Positions 11,891 to 23,372 of a DNA stretch of 40,365 nt are shown here, piece by piece (positions within the stretch are counted from its first letter, which is position 1; each line of letters starts with the position of its first letter). The DNA is from Ministeria vibrans ATCC 50519 (taxonomy: Eukaryota; Protista; Filasterea): assembly GCA_943704425.1 (NCBI GenBank), contig CALSCP010001204.1, positions 1-40,365 of the forward strand. The letters are read 5' to 3'. The notes beneath the pieces are model-generated. The model ran no database searches and was not told the DNA's origin. It saw nothing but the letters and a program-made list of their open reading frames with translations. Both the position numbers and the translations under genes were made by a program.

Positions 11891-14800
11891 TCATGCTTTG
11901 TGGCACGCCACGCACACCCTCTGGGGATCAGTACCCAGTGCTTCACACACCCTCGACGGAGCACAATCGGCGCAGAAGATGCGGCCGCACATGCGACAGT
12001 GATGGCGACGTCGCAGCATCCCAAACGGACGCGCACAATCCAGACACTGCTTTGCCTCGCTGTCTTTCATCCACACCACCGTCTTGGCATCCCCTGCTGT
12101 CGCCGCCACTGCCGCCGTGCCACTCGAAGTGGCAGCCTTGGCCTTCTCGGCTCTGACTGCAGCCGGTCCCATCTTGACCTCTTCGGCGTTGAGCGCCTCC
12201 CGGGCCGCGTCGCACGTCTTGCGACGGTTCGTCTCGCTTGTCGTCTCGCACAGCGTCTTGGCGGCGCGCACCGAAAAGTCAGAGACGGTGTGAGCGGCAA
12301 AAAGACGGTGGTACGTGGGAATGGTCTGGGCGAGCCAAGCGTTGCTAGAGCTCAGGTAGTCGGCCAGCGAGGCACACGCCACGCCCAACAAACTCCACAG
12401 GCGCCGCGTGATGCCTTTGGTCTTCGTGGACACTGTGAGTGAACCCAAGCGCGCGACAACACTCGCAAGCGTCGGTTGTTCGGCACTGCGCGCCATCGTG
12501 TCGCCCTCGAGCACAGCCATAGCGGCGTGCACCGCCTGAACGTAGCTCACAAGAGCCCGTTCGCTTAGCAGTGCCAATTCCGTCGCGCTAATGCCATTGC
12601 GATTCGCCAGAGCCGCATACTGAAGGCCGAGCATGTCGCGATGCCACAAAGCACGTTCCTCAAGCAACTGCACACCAGAGTCCGTGAGCAAAGGACGCTG
12701 GTCCAACAGCGACGTTGACGCGTCCGCCAAAGGTGCAGACGGCTCCACGGGCTGAGGAGGTGCAGACGGTTCCGCCGCCATAGACGCACTCGCAGGCGGT
12801 GTTTCCTCGGTCACCGTCGCTGTCGCCTCTGCCTCCGCCTCCAGCTTCTTCTTCTTTTTCTTCTCTTCATGAACAGTCTCCTCCTCCTCCTCCTCATCCA
12901 ATGCTACGCCTTCCTCTGCCTGCTGCTCCGGCGCACTGGCATCTTTCTTGGTGTACTCCTGCTCCACGACGACCGGACGTCCATTGGCATCCACAGTGGA
13001 ACCACCCAGATCAAAGTCAATCGAGTCGTAGGCGGGGGGCATCTCATCCTGGTCATCTTCATCGCCATCCCCCTCATCACTACCACCACCGCCACGCCCC
13101 ATTGCAACCCCACCCCCTCGTCCAAAAGTATCGTCCAGCATCGCGGGCGGCACCGGCACCCACGGCTTGCCCTCAGCCTGCATGATGCGCTGAGCCGTGT
13201 TGAGTGCGGCTGCAAACCACTTGACGGCTTGCGTGCGCTCACCACGATCGCGCAGAATATACCCAATGATCGCTTGCACCCGCTGTTCCAGTGCCGGGTT
13301 GGCGCGCGTCCGTCCTTCATTGACAAAGCCCAGCACGTCAAACATGAGACGCAGCGTGCGTATGTGCTTGGGCGCCAGAGTGCGACACGACTGCAGTGCG
13401 CCACCCAGCACATCCAGATGAATCGACGACAGCGGTTCGCTGATCTGCACTGCATAGGTAATGCCACGTCCCAGTGCCACCAGCGCACACTGTTCGTGTC
13501 GTTTTTGGCGCACTGTGTCTTTCGCTGCGCCCGCTGCCTTGGCCAGTCGCACATGCATGTTGCCACTCTTGATCTCCTGCATGAACTGCCGACGGTCGTT
13601 CTCGTACGGACTCAGCTCGTAGAAGGCGCGCATCCGTTCGCACATGGCCAACATCAACGCCGCACTCCCACCTGTATCCGACTCGCTCTTCCCATCATCG
13701 TCTTGGTCGTCCGTCGCCACCACCGAGTCCTCCTTGGACGCATCGAGGACCAGCAGAATTGTCGAGTTGAGAGACATCTCCAGGGTCGCTGCACCCGACT
13801 GGCGCAGCAGCTGACTCGTCTTCAGCAGAATCGCACGACGGACAGGAATTGGCGTCGCGTGGCCACGGCCTAGCGCAATCGCGCCCACCATGAGCAGCTG
13901 GTGGCTCGCCAAACGCACGGCCGCGCGCATTGTCTCGAGAAGCGTCTCGCGAAAGTCAGCCGTGCCACAGAGACCCACCGAGTACTCGAGCGACGCAATG
14001 TGCGTCTGCGTCACGTACCACTCAACGGTGCCGCGGCCGAGACGCTCACAAATCGCCTTGATGCGTGTGAGAGCGTCGGTGAACTCGGGTGTTGCCGTGT
14101 ACACAGCCTTGGCGTGCTCCAACATGGGATCGGCGCCCACCAGGCGGTTGCGCGACACAACAGCGTGCACATAGAGCAGACGCTCTGCAACACTTTCGCA
14201 GGTGCTCTCCAGCACCCGCGCGTCCGACTTGCTCGCGGCTGCCAGCATCTTGGCCAACATGTCATTGGACTTTGCCATATCCAGATCGTGTGCGCGCGCA
14301 CTCAAAAGCGCACCGTATGCCAGCGCCTGCTCGGCATGGCGGTAGGGCGCGTGGTACGGATCGTCGTTGCGTGACTGCGCCTCACATATGCGCAACACCT
14401 CGTTGCTCAGCTCGATGCAGGGGACATTGAGTCCGAGCATGCGGTAGGCGGCCGTGAGCGTGTTGAGCAGCACACAGGCGAGTGCCGGGTGCGACTCGGT
14501 GAACTTGAGCCAGCCAGCGTCGCCCAGATTGGTCGTGTCGGTGGCGCAGGCAAGACGCCACAGACGCTCAAAGACACTCACCGTCGACTCCATGTTGGTG
14601 CCGAGATTGAGCAGGACGCGCGCGCCCAACGACGCCGCAAACCACTCCAAAAATACAATGGCATCTTCACGTGTAGTCACACGCACCGCACGACTGCACA
14701 GCGCCCGACGAATATCAAGTCGCGAGTGCGCAAACTGCTCCATTACTGTCACACTCGCATTAGCACTGGCGGACGCCTCGTACGCCGCAATGAACGCGTC

Positions 14801-16770
14801 ACCCAACGTGCGCAACTTTGCCATTCCCGCTTCTTCAACAGCCGCATCCATAGGCTCCACAGGAAGCTCACCACCCAAGGCACCATCGGCAAGCATGAGA
14901 CTCGCAAGGGAATTAGCACAGTCCGGCTCGAGGGCACTGACAAGGTCCCGTGGGAGCACATCACGTAAGGGTGCCATATCAATTTGAGCGGCAAGAGACT
15001 CCTCCTCTTCCATGCTGACACTGGCACTGGCACTCGAGCCAGCATTGTTGTTGGTGTCGTCGTCATCGCCATACTCTGCCTCCGGGTTGCTTGCAAAGTA
15101 CTGACCATCGACGACAACATTGTTGTGCCAGGTGCCCTTGAGCACGTCACCCGACACGTAGGTGACCGAGCCCACGCCGTGGCGCAGACCTTTCTCATAC
15201 TGCCCCGTGTACACGCTCTTGTCCGATGCCATAATCATCTTGCCGCGTCCGTGGAAGGCGCTCTCCTTGAACTCCCCCTCGTAGATGCTGCCTGAGTGCA
15301 CAACCATACGCCCCAGTCCACTGAACCGATTCGCCAAAAAGTTGCCCTCGTACACACTGCCTGACTTGAGCACCATACGTCCGTGGCCATTGGCCGCGCC
15401 ATTCGACCACTCGCCCTCGTACACGTTGCCCGACTTGAATGTGTGTGACTTGAAGTTGCCCGAGGCACTGACTGTGGCGTCAATAGGCGCAGCAGCAGCA
15501 GCGGCAGCAGCAGCAGCAGGGGGAGCCGCCGCTTTGGCCTTGTTTGTCGTTGCGGTAGTGGCCGATTTGACAGCATTACCTGGAATGCCGCCGCGGCGTT
15601 GGCGAAGCAGTGTGATGGGCATGTGGAGGGTGAGGTTGCCGGCGAGGAGGGAGGACATGACGAGCTCGACGGTCAGCTGAAAGGTGATCTTGAGAAGCGC
15701 ATCGTCACACGAGGTCTCTGGTGGCGACGGCAGTTTGATCGAAATGGTCTCGTCAAATTCGGCGCCGGCGCTGATGGCGCGGGACTCGGTTGAGATGGAG
15801 ATGGTGCGCGAGTCGGTCTGGTTCTTGCCATGCGCCATGATGGTGTAGCAGCGACGCAGCGAGAAGCGCACCGCGCGCACGTCTTTGGAGCTGCCATTCT
15901 TGACAACCACTTGCACCGGAACAGTGTCGCCTTTGTAAAAGGCTTTGCGCGGCAGGCGGCCAACGAGCTCGAGACGACGACCGCTTTGAAGCAGGAAGGC
16001 CTTGGTGGTACGCAGACCATGGCGACTGGCCGGACTCAGCTGCATGCCCAGCTGCGACCAAGGCTGATTGTAGCCGCCAACGGGCAGCGTCAGCGTGGTG
16101 TCCTTGTTGAAGGAGAAGGTGCCGGGTGCGTCGAGCCAGGCGCGCAGCTGGTACTTGACGCTCGCCTCGGCACTGAGCGGCGACAGCGACATGGACGGCG
16201 GCAGCGACGCAGGCAGACGGAACTCCACGGCGTACACGTGCCGCCCGGGGTTCAGCTGCACAGTCGAGCCATTCTTGCGCTCTGTCCATGCCACCCCGAG
16301 CAATGTCTGTGTGCCAGTGTGACAGAGTCCACAAGTCAGAAACGCAAAAAGAAGAAAAGAAAAAAAAAACGTTTGGGAATTTTTCTTGAAAAACAACTGT
16401 CGATGAGCATACCTTGCCCTTGTTGAGGAGACGGCGGGTGGACTTGTACGTTTTCTTCTTGGGGCGCACTTTGAAGTGGCCGTGGTGGAACTCAGATTCG
16501 ATCTCAGTCTCTTCAACCTAAAAACAGTTCGCATGTCAACATAAAACGTGATCCGCTTAAACCCAAACGCAGGAGGCGATGCGGGGCGCGTGGCGCGTAT
16601 GTGATGTAGGCACTCCCTACCTCGGTGCTGATCCGCCCGTAGATGTCCACGTAGAGCGAGCGGGTCTGGAAGGGCGCCGTGCACTCGACAATGACCGTCG
16701 CCTGGACCACATCCCCGCCAAAGTAGAAGGCCGGTCCGCCAGAGGGCAGCTCAATCGAAACTTTGGCCAT
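11891..16770 (-). CDS. Large arrestin-domain protein: arrestin N/C + 5 MORN repeats + helical region + PPxY/PSAP + C-terminal FYVE (exons 16770-16621, 16517-16413, 16306-11891)
   Basis: Arrestin-N: FYFGGDVVQATV, GRHVYAVEFRLPASLPPS, SVKYQLRA. Arrestin-C: RKAFYKGDTVPVQVVVKNGSSKDV. MORN: YEGEWSNGAANGHG etc. FYVE: WMKD..C..C..RRHHCRMCG..C..C..RVC..C. Confidence 0.88.
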
Positions 16771-17094
16771 TGTAGCAAAGCAGCACAAAAATAATGTTAA
16801 AAAATTAACAATAATAATCATCATTCAATGAGTAGAGGAAGTCATCGAAAAGTTCCCACCTGCACAAGACATTCCCGACTTCCTTTTCAACGCAAAATTC
16901 GTCGCCGTCACTCTGACGATCATCCCATTGCCATTGATCATTTGTACACAATGTATGCTTCAACGTCTGGCATGAAGAGAAGAGCATTAGAGCAACACAA
17001 ATTCATCGCTTCCCTCTTTTGGTGATACAAATGTTATGCTCTTCTCTTCACTCTATGAGACGTACGAGTAATTTTTTCTTATTCATCGAGTACA

Positions 17095-17383
17095 ATGGCT
17101 TCGTTCCTGGCTGACTTTCTTGGTGGCGCGTCAAAGCAAGAGCAAGCGGACCCTCGAGCGGGCGTTGACACCGTCGAAAAACTCTGTTCGCGTGTTGAGG
17201 TAAGTAAACTCCGACCAGTCCGCCAGCACTCGCTCTCGACGCCGCCCCACCCTGACCGCCGACCTGCACTCACCCCCGCACTGTGCTCCCCGGCCTCTGC
17301 CCCCTCCCAAACAGACCTCAACCCTTCTTGAAGATCGCCGTGGAGCCGTGCGCGCCCTCAAAGGCCTCGCCAAAGACTACCAA
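17095..17383 (+). CDS. USO1: USO1/p115 vesicle tether, exons 1-2 only (17095-17199, 17315-17383)
   Basis: MASFLADFLGG...DTVEKLCSRVE|TSTLLEDRRGAVRALKGLAKDYQ matches the conserved p115 N-terminus (KLCDRV..STLL.DRR.AVRALK). The continuation is found at 34119. Confidence 0.88.
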
Positions 17384-17535
17384 GTATGCATTGCACTCGA
17401 TCCTTCCTCCCTCATCTCCTCATCCTCCACTCGCCTCTTTTTTCTTCTGCATCACAAAAAAAAAAAAAAAAAAAAAAAGTCAATGGTAATAATCATTATA
17501 TTTTATTGTTGTGTTTGTGTTTCTGCGATTTGTAG

Positions 17536-20370
17536 GAGTTTGATATTGGCGAACACGATCGCTTTACGATGTTATCGGGCATTGCGCACGATCCAATTCA
17601 ACGCGACGTGTTCACACCCATCTTCTACGGAGCGCAGATTCGCATTCCCGATGCTGAGGATATTGGCGAGCCGGGTCGTCTGGCACGCTGGATGGCCCAT
17701 CATGGGTGCACCGTGACGCACTTAACGCCCGCCATGGGCCAGTTGCTCACGGCCAATGCCGTCACGCACATGCCAGCGCTCCGTCGTGCCTTCTTCGTGG
17801 GTGACGTGCTCACCAAGCGCGACGTAATGCGTCTGCAGGCACTTGCCTCACAGGTGCACGTCATCAACATGTATGGCACGACAGAGACTCAGCGCGCCGT
17901 TACCTTTCTTACCATTCGCCCCGCCACCATTGAGTCGTACAAGGACATTTTCCCGGCCGGTCGTGGCATGGAAGATGCCCAACTTATTGTGCTTGCCGAC
18001 AGTGGCGAGCTTGCGGGCGTCGGCGAACTGGGCGAGCTCTACATGCGCAGTCCGCATCTCTCGGCGGGCTATCTCGGTCTGCCTGAACAGACTGCCGCCA
18101 AGTTCCTCACCAATCCGTTGACGGGTATCGAGACGGACCGTCTCTACCGCACGGGCGATCTTGGTCGCTACCTGCCCGACGGTGTCGTCGAGTGCATTGG
18201 ACGCGCCGACGACCAGGTTAAGATTCGGGGATTCCGCATCGAACTCGGCGAGATCGACACATATCTGTCACAGCATCCCCAAGTGCGCGAGAACGTGACG
18301 CTTGTGCGACGTGATGCTCAGGAAGAAAAGCAGATTGTGTCGTACTTTGTCTCGGCGGTTGGCGACACGTTTGACCTGGCATCCATTCGCGAACACCTGC
18401 GTTCCAAGCTGCCGTCATATGCCATTCCCAGCATTATTGCGCCTATTTCGCGCATGCCGCTCACGCCCAACGGCAAAATTGATAAGAAGAAGCTGCCCTA
18501 CCCCGACTTGGCACTCATCAACATGCGCCAGCGTACCGGATCCAATGCCAGTGGTACCACCGACGCCGCGGCTGCCACCAACGACCCGTCCGGTGCAGGT
18601 AATGCGGGTGGTGCTGCAGGTTCGGCCATCGCTGCTCCCATGCGTGAGTCACTGTTGCCCATCTGGACGCGTGTCTTGGGTCGTCCCGTGGTGGTCACCG
18701 ACAACTTCTTTGATGTGGGTGGTCACTCGATTCTCGCAACGCGACTCACCTTTGAGATGCGCGAAGAGCTCCGTCTTGAGCTGCCTCTCAATCTCCTCTA
18801 CACCTACCCGACCATTGCCAAGCTGGCCGAGGTGCTCACGGCGGCCGCGGCGGACCCCACCATTGAAATGATGGACACAAACCCAACTTCATCGACGTCG
18901 GGCGCCGACGACTCGTTGGCGCAGGCGACCATGCTGCAGCAGGACGTCACGCTGCCGGCCGACGTTGACGCACGCGGGCGTGTGTACACCCCACCACACA
19001 CATCGTCCGACAAGGTGCGCGGTGTGCTCCTCACGGGCGCCACGGGCTTCCTGGGCTGTTTCCTCTTGCGGCGTCTTCTCGACATCCACCCACACGCTCA
19101 TATTCACTGTCTCGTCCGTGGCTCTGACTCCGACGCCTGTTTTGACCGTCTTGTGCGCAACATGCAGGCCAACCTTGTAAGCGTGTAGAGACGACGGAAG
19201 GGGGAAAGGAGGGAGTGAAAACAGAGAGAAGAAAAAAACAATCTCATGTTTTTAATTATTTTTATTCTCTTTATTTTTCTTTTTTATTTTCTTTTGTAGG
19301 TGTGGAAGCCAGAGTATGGCGAGCGCATCGAAGTAGTGCGTGGCGATCTTGGAGCTGAGGCACTGGGTCTGGAAGGTGGAGTGGAGGCGTATGGAGCACT
19401 TGCGGATGCTGTTGACTACATTGTGCACAACGGAGCGCTTGTGCACTGGGTCTTCCCCTATGCCAAGTTGCGTCCCATGAACGTGGTGGGCACTGTGGAG
19501 ATTTTGCGTGTGGCCGCTGCGGGTGTACATCTCAAGCCGGTGCACTTTGTGTCATCAACAAGTGTCTTTGACAGCGGCCACTACGTCGAGCGCACCGAGC
19601 CGGTGGATGCAGACGAGACTATTATGGGCGAGGGGACACTGTCAAGTGGCTATGCGCAGAGTAAGTGGGTGGCCGAGCGCATTTTGCTGCTGGCACGCGA
19701 GACGCGAGGCATGCCCGTGACCATCTTCCGGCCCGGCTACATTGTGGCGCACAGCGAGACGGGCGTGAGCAATGCCGACGACTACCTTATCCGTCTGCTC
19801 AAGGGCTGCATTGAGCTGCAGGCGGCACCTCGCATGCGCAACCGCGTCAACATGTGTTCGGTGGACTATGTGGCAGCCGCCATTGTGCATGTGGCCACGC
19901 TCGCGGCCACACAAGTGCCTGCGACCCCAAGCTTGTCGCCGCTTGCTCACTGCTACCACGTTGTCAATCCGCATCCCTTCACCTTCTTCGACTTCTTCCA
20001 GGCGCTCATTGACTACGGCTTTCCCGTCAGCTTTGTTGACTACGTCCAATGGCGCGACGCCCTGATGAAGCTCACACTTGAGAGCAAGAGCAATGCGCTC
20101 TACCCGCTGCTGCACTTTGTCCTGGACGACCTTCCGGCCAAGTCCAAGTCAGCTCCTCTGTCGTTTGCGACTCTGTCTCAGCAGCTAGAGGGCAGTGCCA
20201 TCGAGTGTCCGCCCGTCTCCTCTGTCATGGGCATTCTCTTGGCCTTCCTTTGTCGCGCAGGCTTCCTTGAGACACCCGCACTGGCGGTCGGTGCCACTCG
20301 CACACTTCCTTTTGACGCTTTGCCCGTTGTTGTTGGCGAACTTGATCTCTTGCGAAGAAGTGGCCATTAG
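17536..20370 (+). CDS. LYS2: Alpha-aminoadipate reductase (Lys2-type A-T-R NRPS-like enzyme), 5'-truncated; intron 19177-19299
   Basis: Lys2-specific A-domain motifs DRFTMLSGIAHDPIQRD, THLTPAMGQLL, NMYGTTETQRAV, DRLYRTGDLGRY, GRADDQVKIRGFRIELGEID. T domain DNFFDVGGHSILA. R domain LLTGATGFLG, HNGALVHW, GYAQSKWVAE, IFRPGY. Begins mid-A-domain at an AG acceptor with no start. Confidence 0.93.
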
Positions 20371-20388
20371 TATGTTGTTTTTCATTTG

Positions 20389-20422
<34 letters not shown>

Positions 20423-20750
20423 GTGTGTGAAGGAGTGTATGTGTGGATGTGTGTGTGTGTGTGTGTGTGTGTACGTGTGCTTGTGGCGTGTGGGGGGAGA
20501 GAGAGGGAAAGGAAAGTGAAAGCGAACAATACAAAGTGATTAAGAGAAAAGAAATACACCCCCATTAAAATACGACTCAGCTCAGCACCAGCAACAAGGA
20601 CGTCTCAATTTCTCACTGCAGTTGATTAAGACGTCAAACGACATGATTGTGCGTGAAGCTGACTCTTACTTAGACTAACTGCCCTCCGTGGCTTCTAAGA
20701 AGCCTGAAATTATTAATAATTGCTCATTTATTTCTACTATTTTATTTTAA

Positions 20751-23242
20751 TCACTTTCCCTCAAATTTACACGAGTGTTGCTGGAGAGTACGCACGGCAG
20801 ACTCGGTGTTTCCCTGACGCAAGTCAATGTGAGCACTGAGAAGTACGGCGGTGGGGTCGCGGGCGATGTCGGCCCAGTGAGCAATGGCGGCGCCCAGGAG
20901 ACTCTTGGCGCGGGGGAGTTCGCCGGCGGAGGCAAATGCGGAGGCGGTGTTGACAAGGAGCGATGAGCGAAGTTGAAGGGGTGAAACGGGTGGAGTCAGC
21001 GGATACGTGTGCATCAGACGACTTGGTGGAGTCTGCTGTGTGGCTGAGCGCAACGCAAGTAGGTCGGCGCGACGGAGCAGTGCTGTTGCACTGTCCTGGG
21101 AATTGGCAGTCACTTCTGACGGTGGCGCAGGAGTAGCAGTTGTAGTTGATGTAGAGGGTGTTGATGTAGAGGTGGTATCGGTGGGAGCAGTGCGACGCGC
21201 ACGCTCCGACAGTGCAACAGTGTCCCGCTCGACTGCAGTGAGAAGATTGGCGACGCGGTCAGGAGCAAGCATCGCACACGCTTGAGCGCTGCAGCCCATG
21301 GCAACAAGCGATTCGCTGGCGTAGAAGAGAGCATCAAGTCTGAGTGCAGGTGGATAGGTCTTGGTGGTGGGAGCAACGGAGGGATCATCGTCGTTCAAGA
21401 GTGACTGAGCAGAGCGTAAGGCAGAGGCGTAGTCGCCGAGCGACAGCTGCGCGTATGCCATGGCCATCAGTATGTGTGCTTCAAGCGTGTCAATGCGGTC
21501 CTGATGTGGGTGGTGTGCGAGCACAGCGAGAGCATTGCGTAGATAGACAATGGCTGCCTCGAGCGATAGTTGCGACGTAGGATCAGACGAAGCCGACGCC
21601 GATGAAGACGCGGAGTTGGACGCGGAGGATGATGATTGTGAGGAGAAGGAGAAGGGGGATGGTGACGAACTGGCTGTGTCAGGGTCTGTGCCATCTTTGG
21701 GTCCTCTGTCAATGACCAATTTCGTACTGCACAACGAGAAAAACAAAAGGAGCTTAAATTGTGTCTTTTTTTCTCTTCAAAGTGTTTCTTCATGAATGAC
21801 GAACCTGTTATGACAGCGGGCAAGAGTAATGAGGGGTCCCGAGGAGCACTGGGTGAGTCTGTGACGGTCTTTTGCAACATGGTGGTGAATGCAGCACTCG
21901 GCGAGACGCAGCCAGACGCGCGGATAATGGAAGAAGCGCTCGCTTGCAATGCGCAGAAAGCGATGGGCAAGAGTGTGGTTGCCCTGGTGGATGAGTTGGA
22001 CGCCGTGGCTGTAGAACACGTCAAAGTGGCGGTGAGCAAGCATGGTGGGTCCAAGGCGTTGGCTCTGACGCAGCGCCAGAGAGAAGTATCGGGAAGCGGC
22101 AGCGTGGTTGGTGAGGAGAAAGTGAACGCATGCGTAGTTGTGGTAGTGGCACATGAGTTGACTAGCGCTTGTGGGTGTCGCTGAGTTGAGGAATCGTAGA
22201 CATTTTGTATAGTTTTCGCGCTGGTACTCAAAGTGGCCCTTGAGCGAGAGTGCAGCGACATGCTGACTGTCGGCGTGTAAGGCAAGTTTGATTTCACGCT
22301 TGCATTGCTTCACCGAGTGTGTCAGCAGGTAGAGACGCGCCTTGTAGAGAGACAGAACAAAGCGAGCATGGCCCACTTCGGAAGTGAGGTCAACCAAAGA
22401 TGATGCAGATGAGGTAACGTTGTTGGAGGTAGACACAGAAGACGAAGCCGTAGAGGACAACGAAGCAGCAGCAGCAGCAGCAGCGGCGGCGGTGGCGGCG
22501 GCGGCGGTGGCAGCTGCGGCGGCACCAGGAGTAGAAGGAGCATTGGGGACATCTAGGGAGCGTTCGAGGAACTCTACGACTTTGGCGGCGACGTCGGCAC
22601 GACAGAGGTCGAGATAGATGTCGAGCAGAAGGAAGCAGACTTTGCGAGCAAGCAGTTCGGCGATGGTTGATGCTCGTTCAAAGAGAGGTTGGAGCAATGC
22701 GGCGGCGGCATGGAGTTCACCTGTGGCATGCCGTACGACTGCCTCGTTGTAAATGATGGTTGACCGGTCGTCGTGCTGCTCCGAAGCGTTTTGTTTCTAT
22801 CACATGAAAAACGATAATAATAGTTATTATGACTTCTTTTTTTTCTTCTGTCAAAAAAAAAACGAGTTTTTGTGTGTGTTGTGTGTGTGAGAGAGAGGGG
22901 AGGGGAGAGGGAGGGGGAATGAAGGTAAGCAGAACCTTGAGTTTGTGGTCGTGGGTGCGCTGGAGCGCGACGAATTCGGCGAGGAGAGCACTTCGATCGG
23001 ATGCGCCTGAGGACGCAAAGCGCGCGACGATGGTGTTGTGCTGGATCTTGATGTCGTTACGGCGCAGCGCGTGCAGCTCGTTGATGACCTGGGCGCGGGC
23101 AAGGGAAGGGAGTGGTGTCAGTTGCGACGAAGACAACTCTATTGGGTACCTCGAGACACTCTGCGAATCTCTGGCTGTCAAAGTGGTCCTTGGCCAGCGA
23201 CGAGAGCTGGAGGTCTCTCTCGGCTGGCAATGAAGATGTCAT
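20751..23242 (-). CDS. CNOT10: CCR4-NOT complex subunit 10
   Basis: DIKIQHNTIVARF, YNEAVV, CFLLLDIYL, YKARLYLLTHSVKQCKREIK, LSLKGHFEY, PRVWLRLAECCI, LSLEAAIVYLRNAL. Confidence 0.88.
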
Positions 23243-23372
23243 GTTAGTAATAATAATAATAAGTAATAAGTTTAATAACTAAAAAAAATTAATTATTGTC
23301 AATCATTGATCATTAATTGAACGAAAATATTTACTGCTTATTTTCAACTTTTGGTATACGAATAAAAAATTT

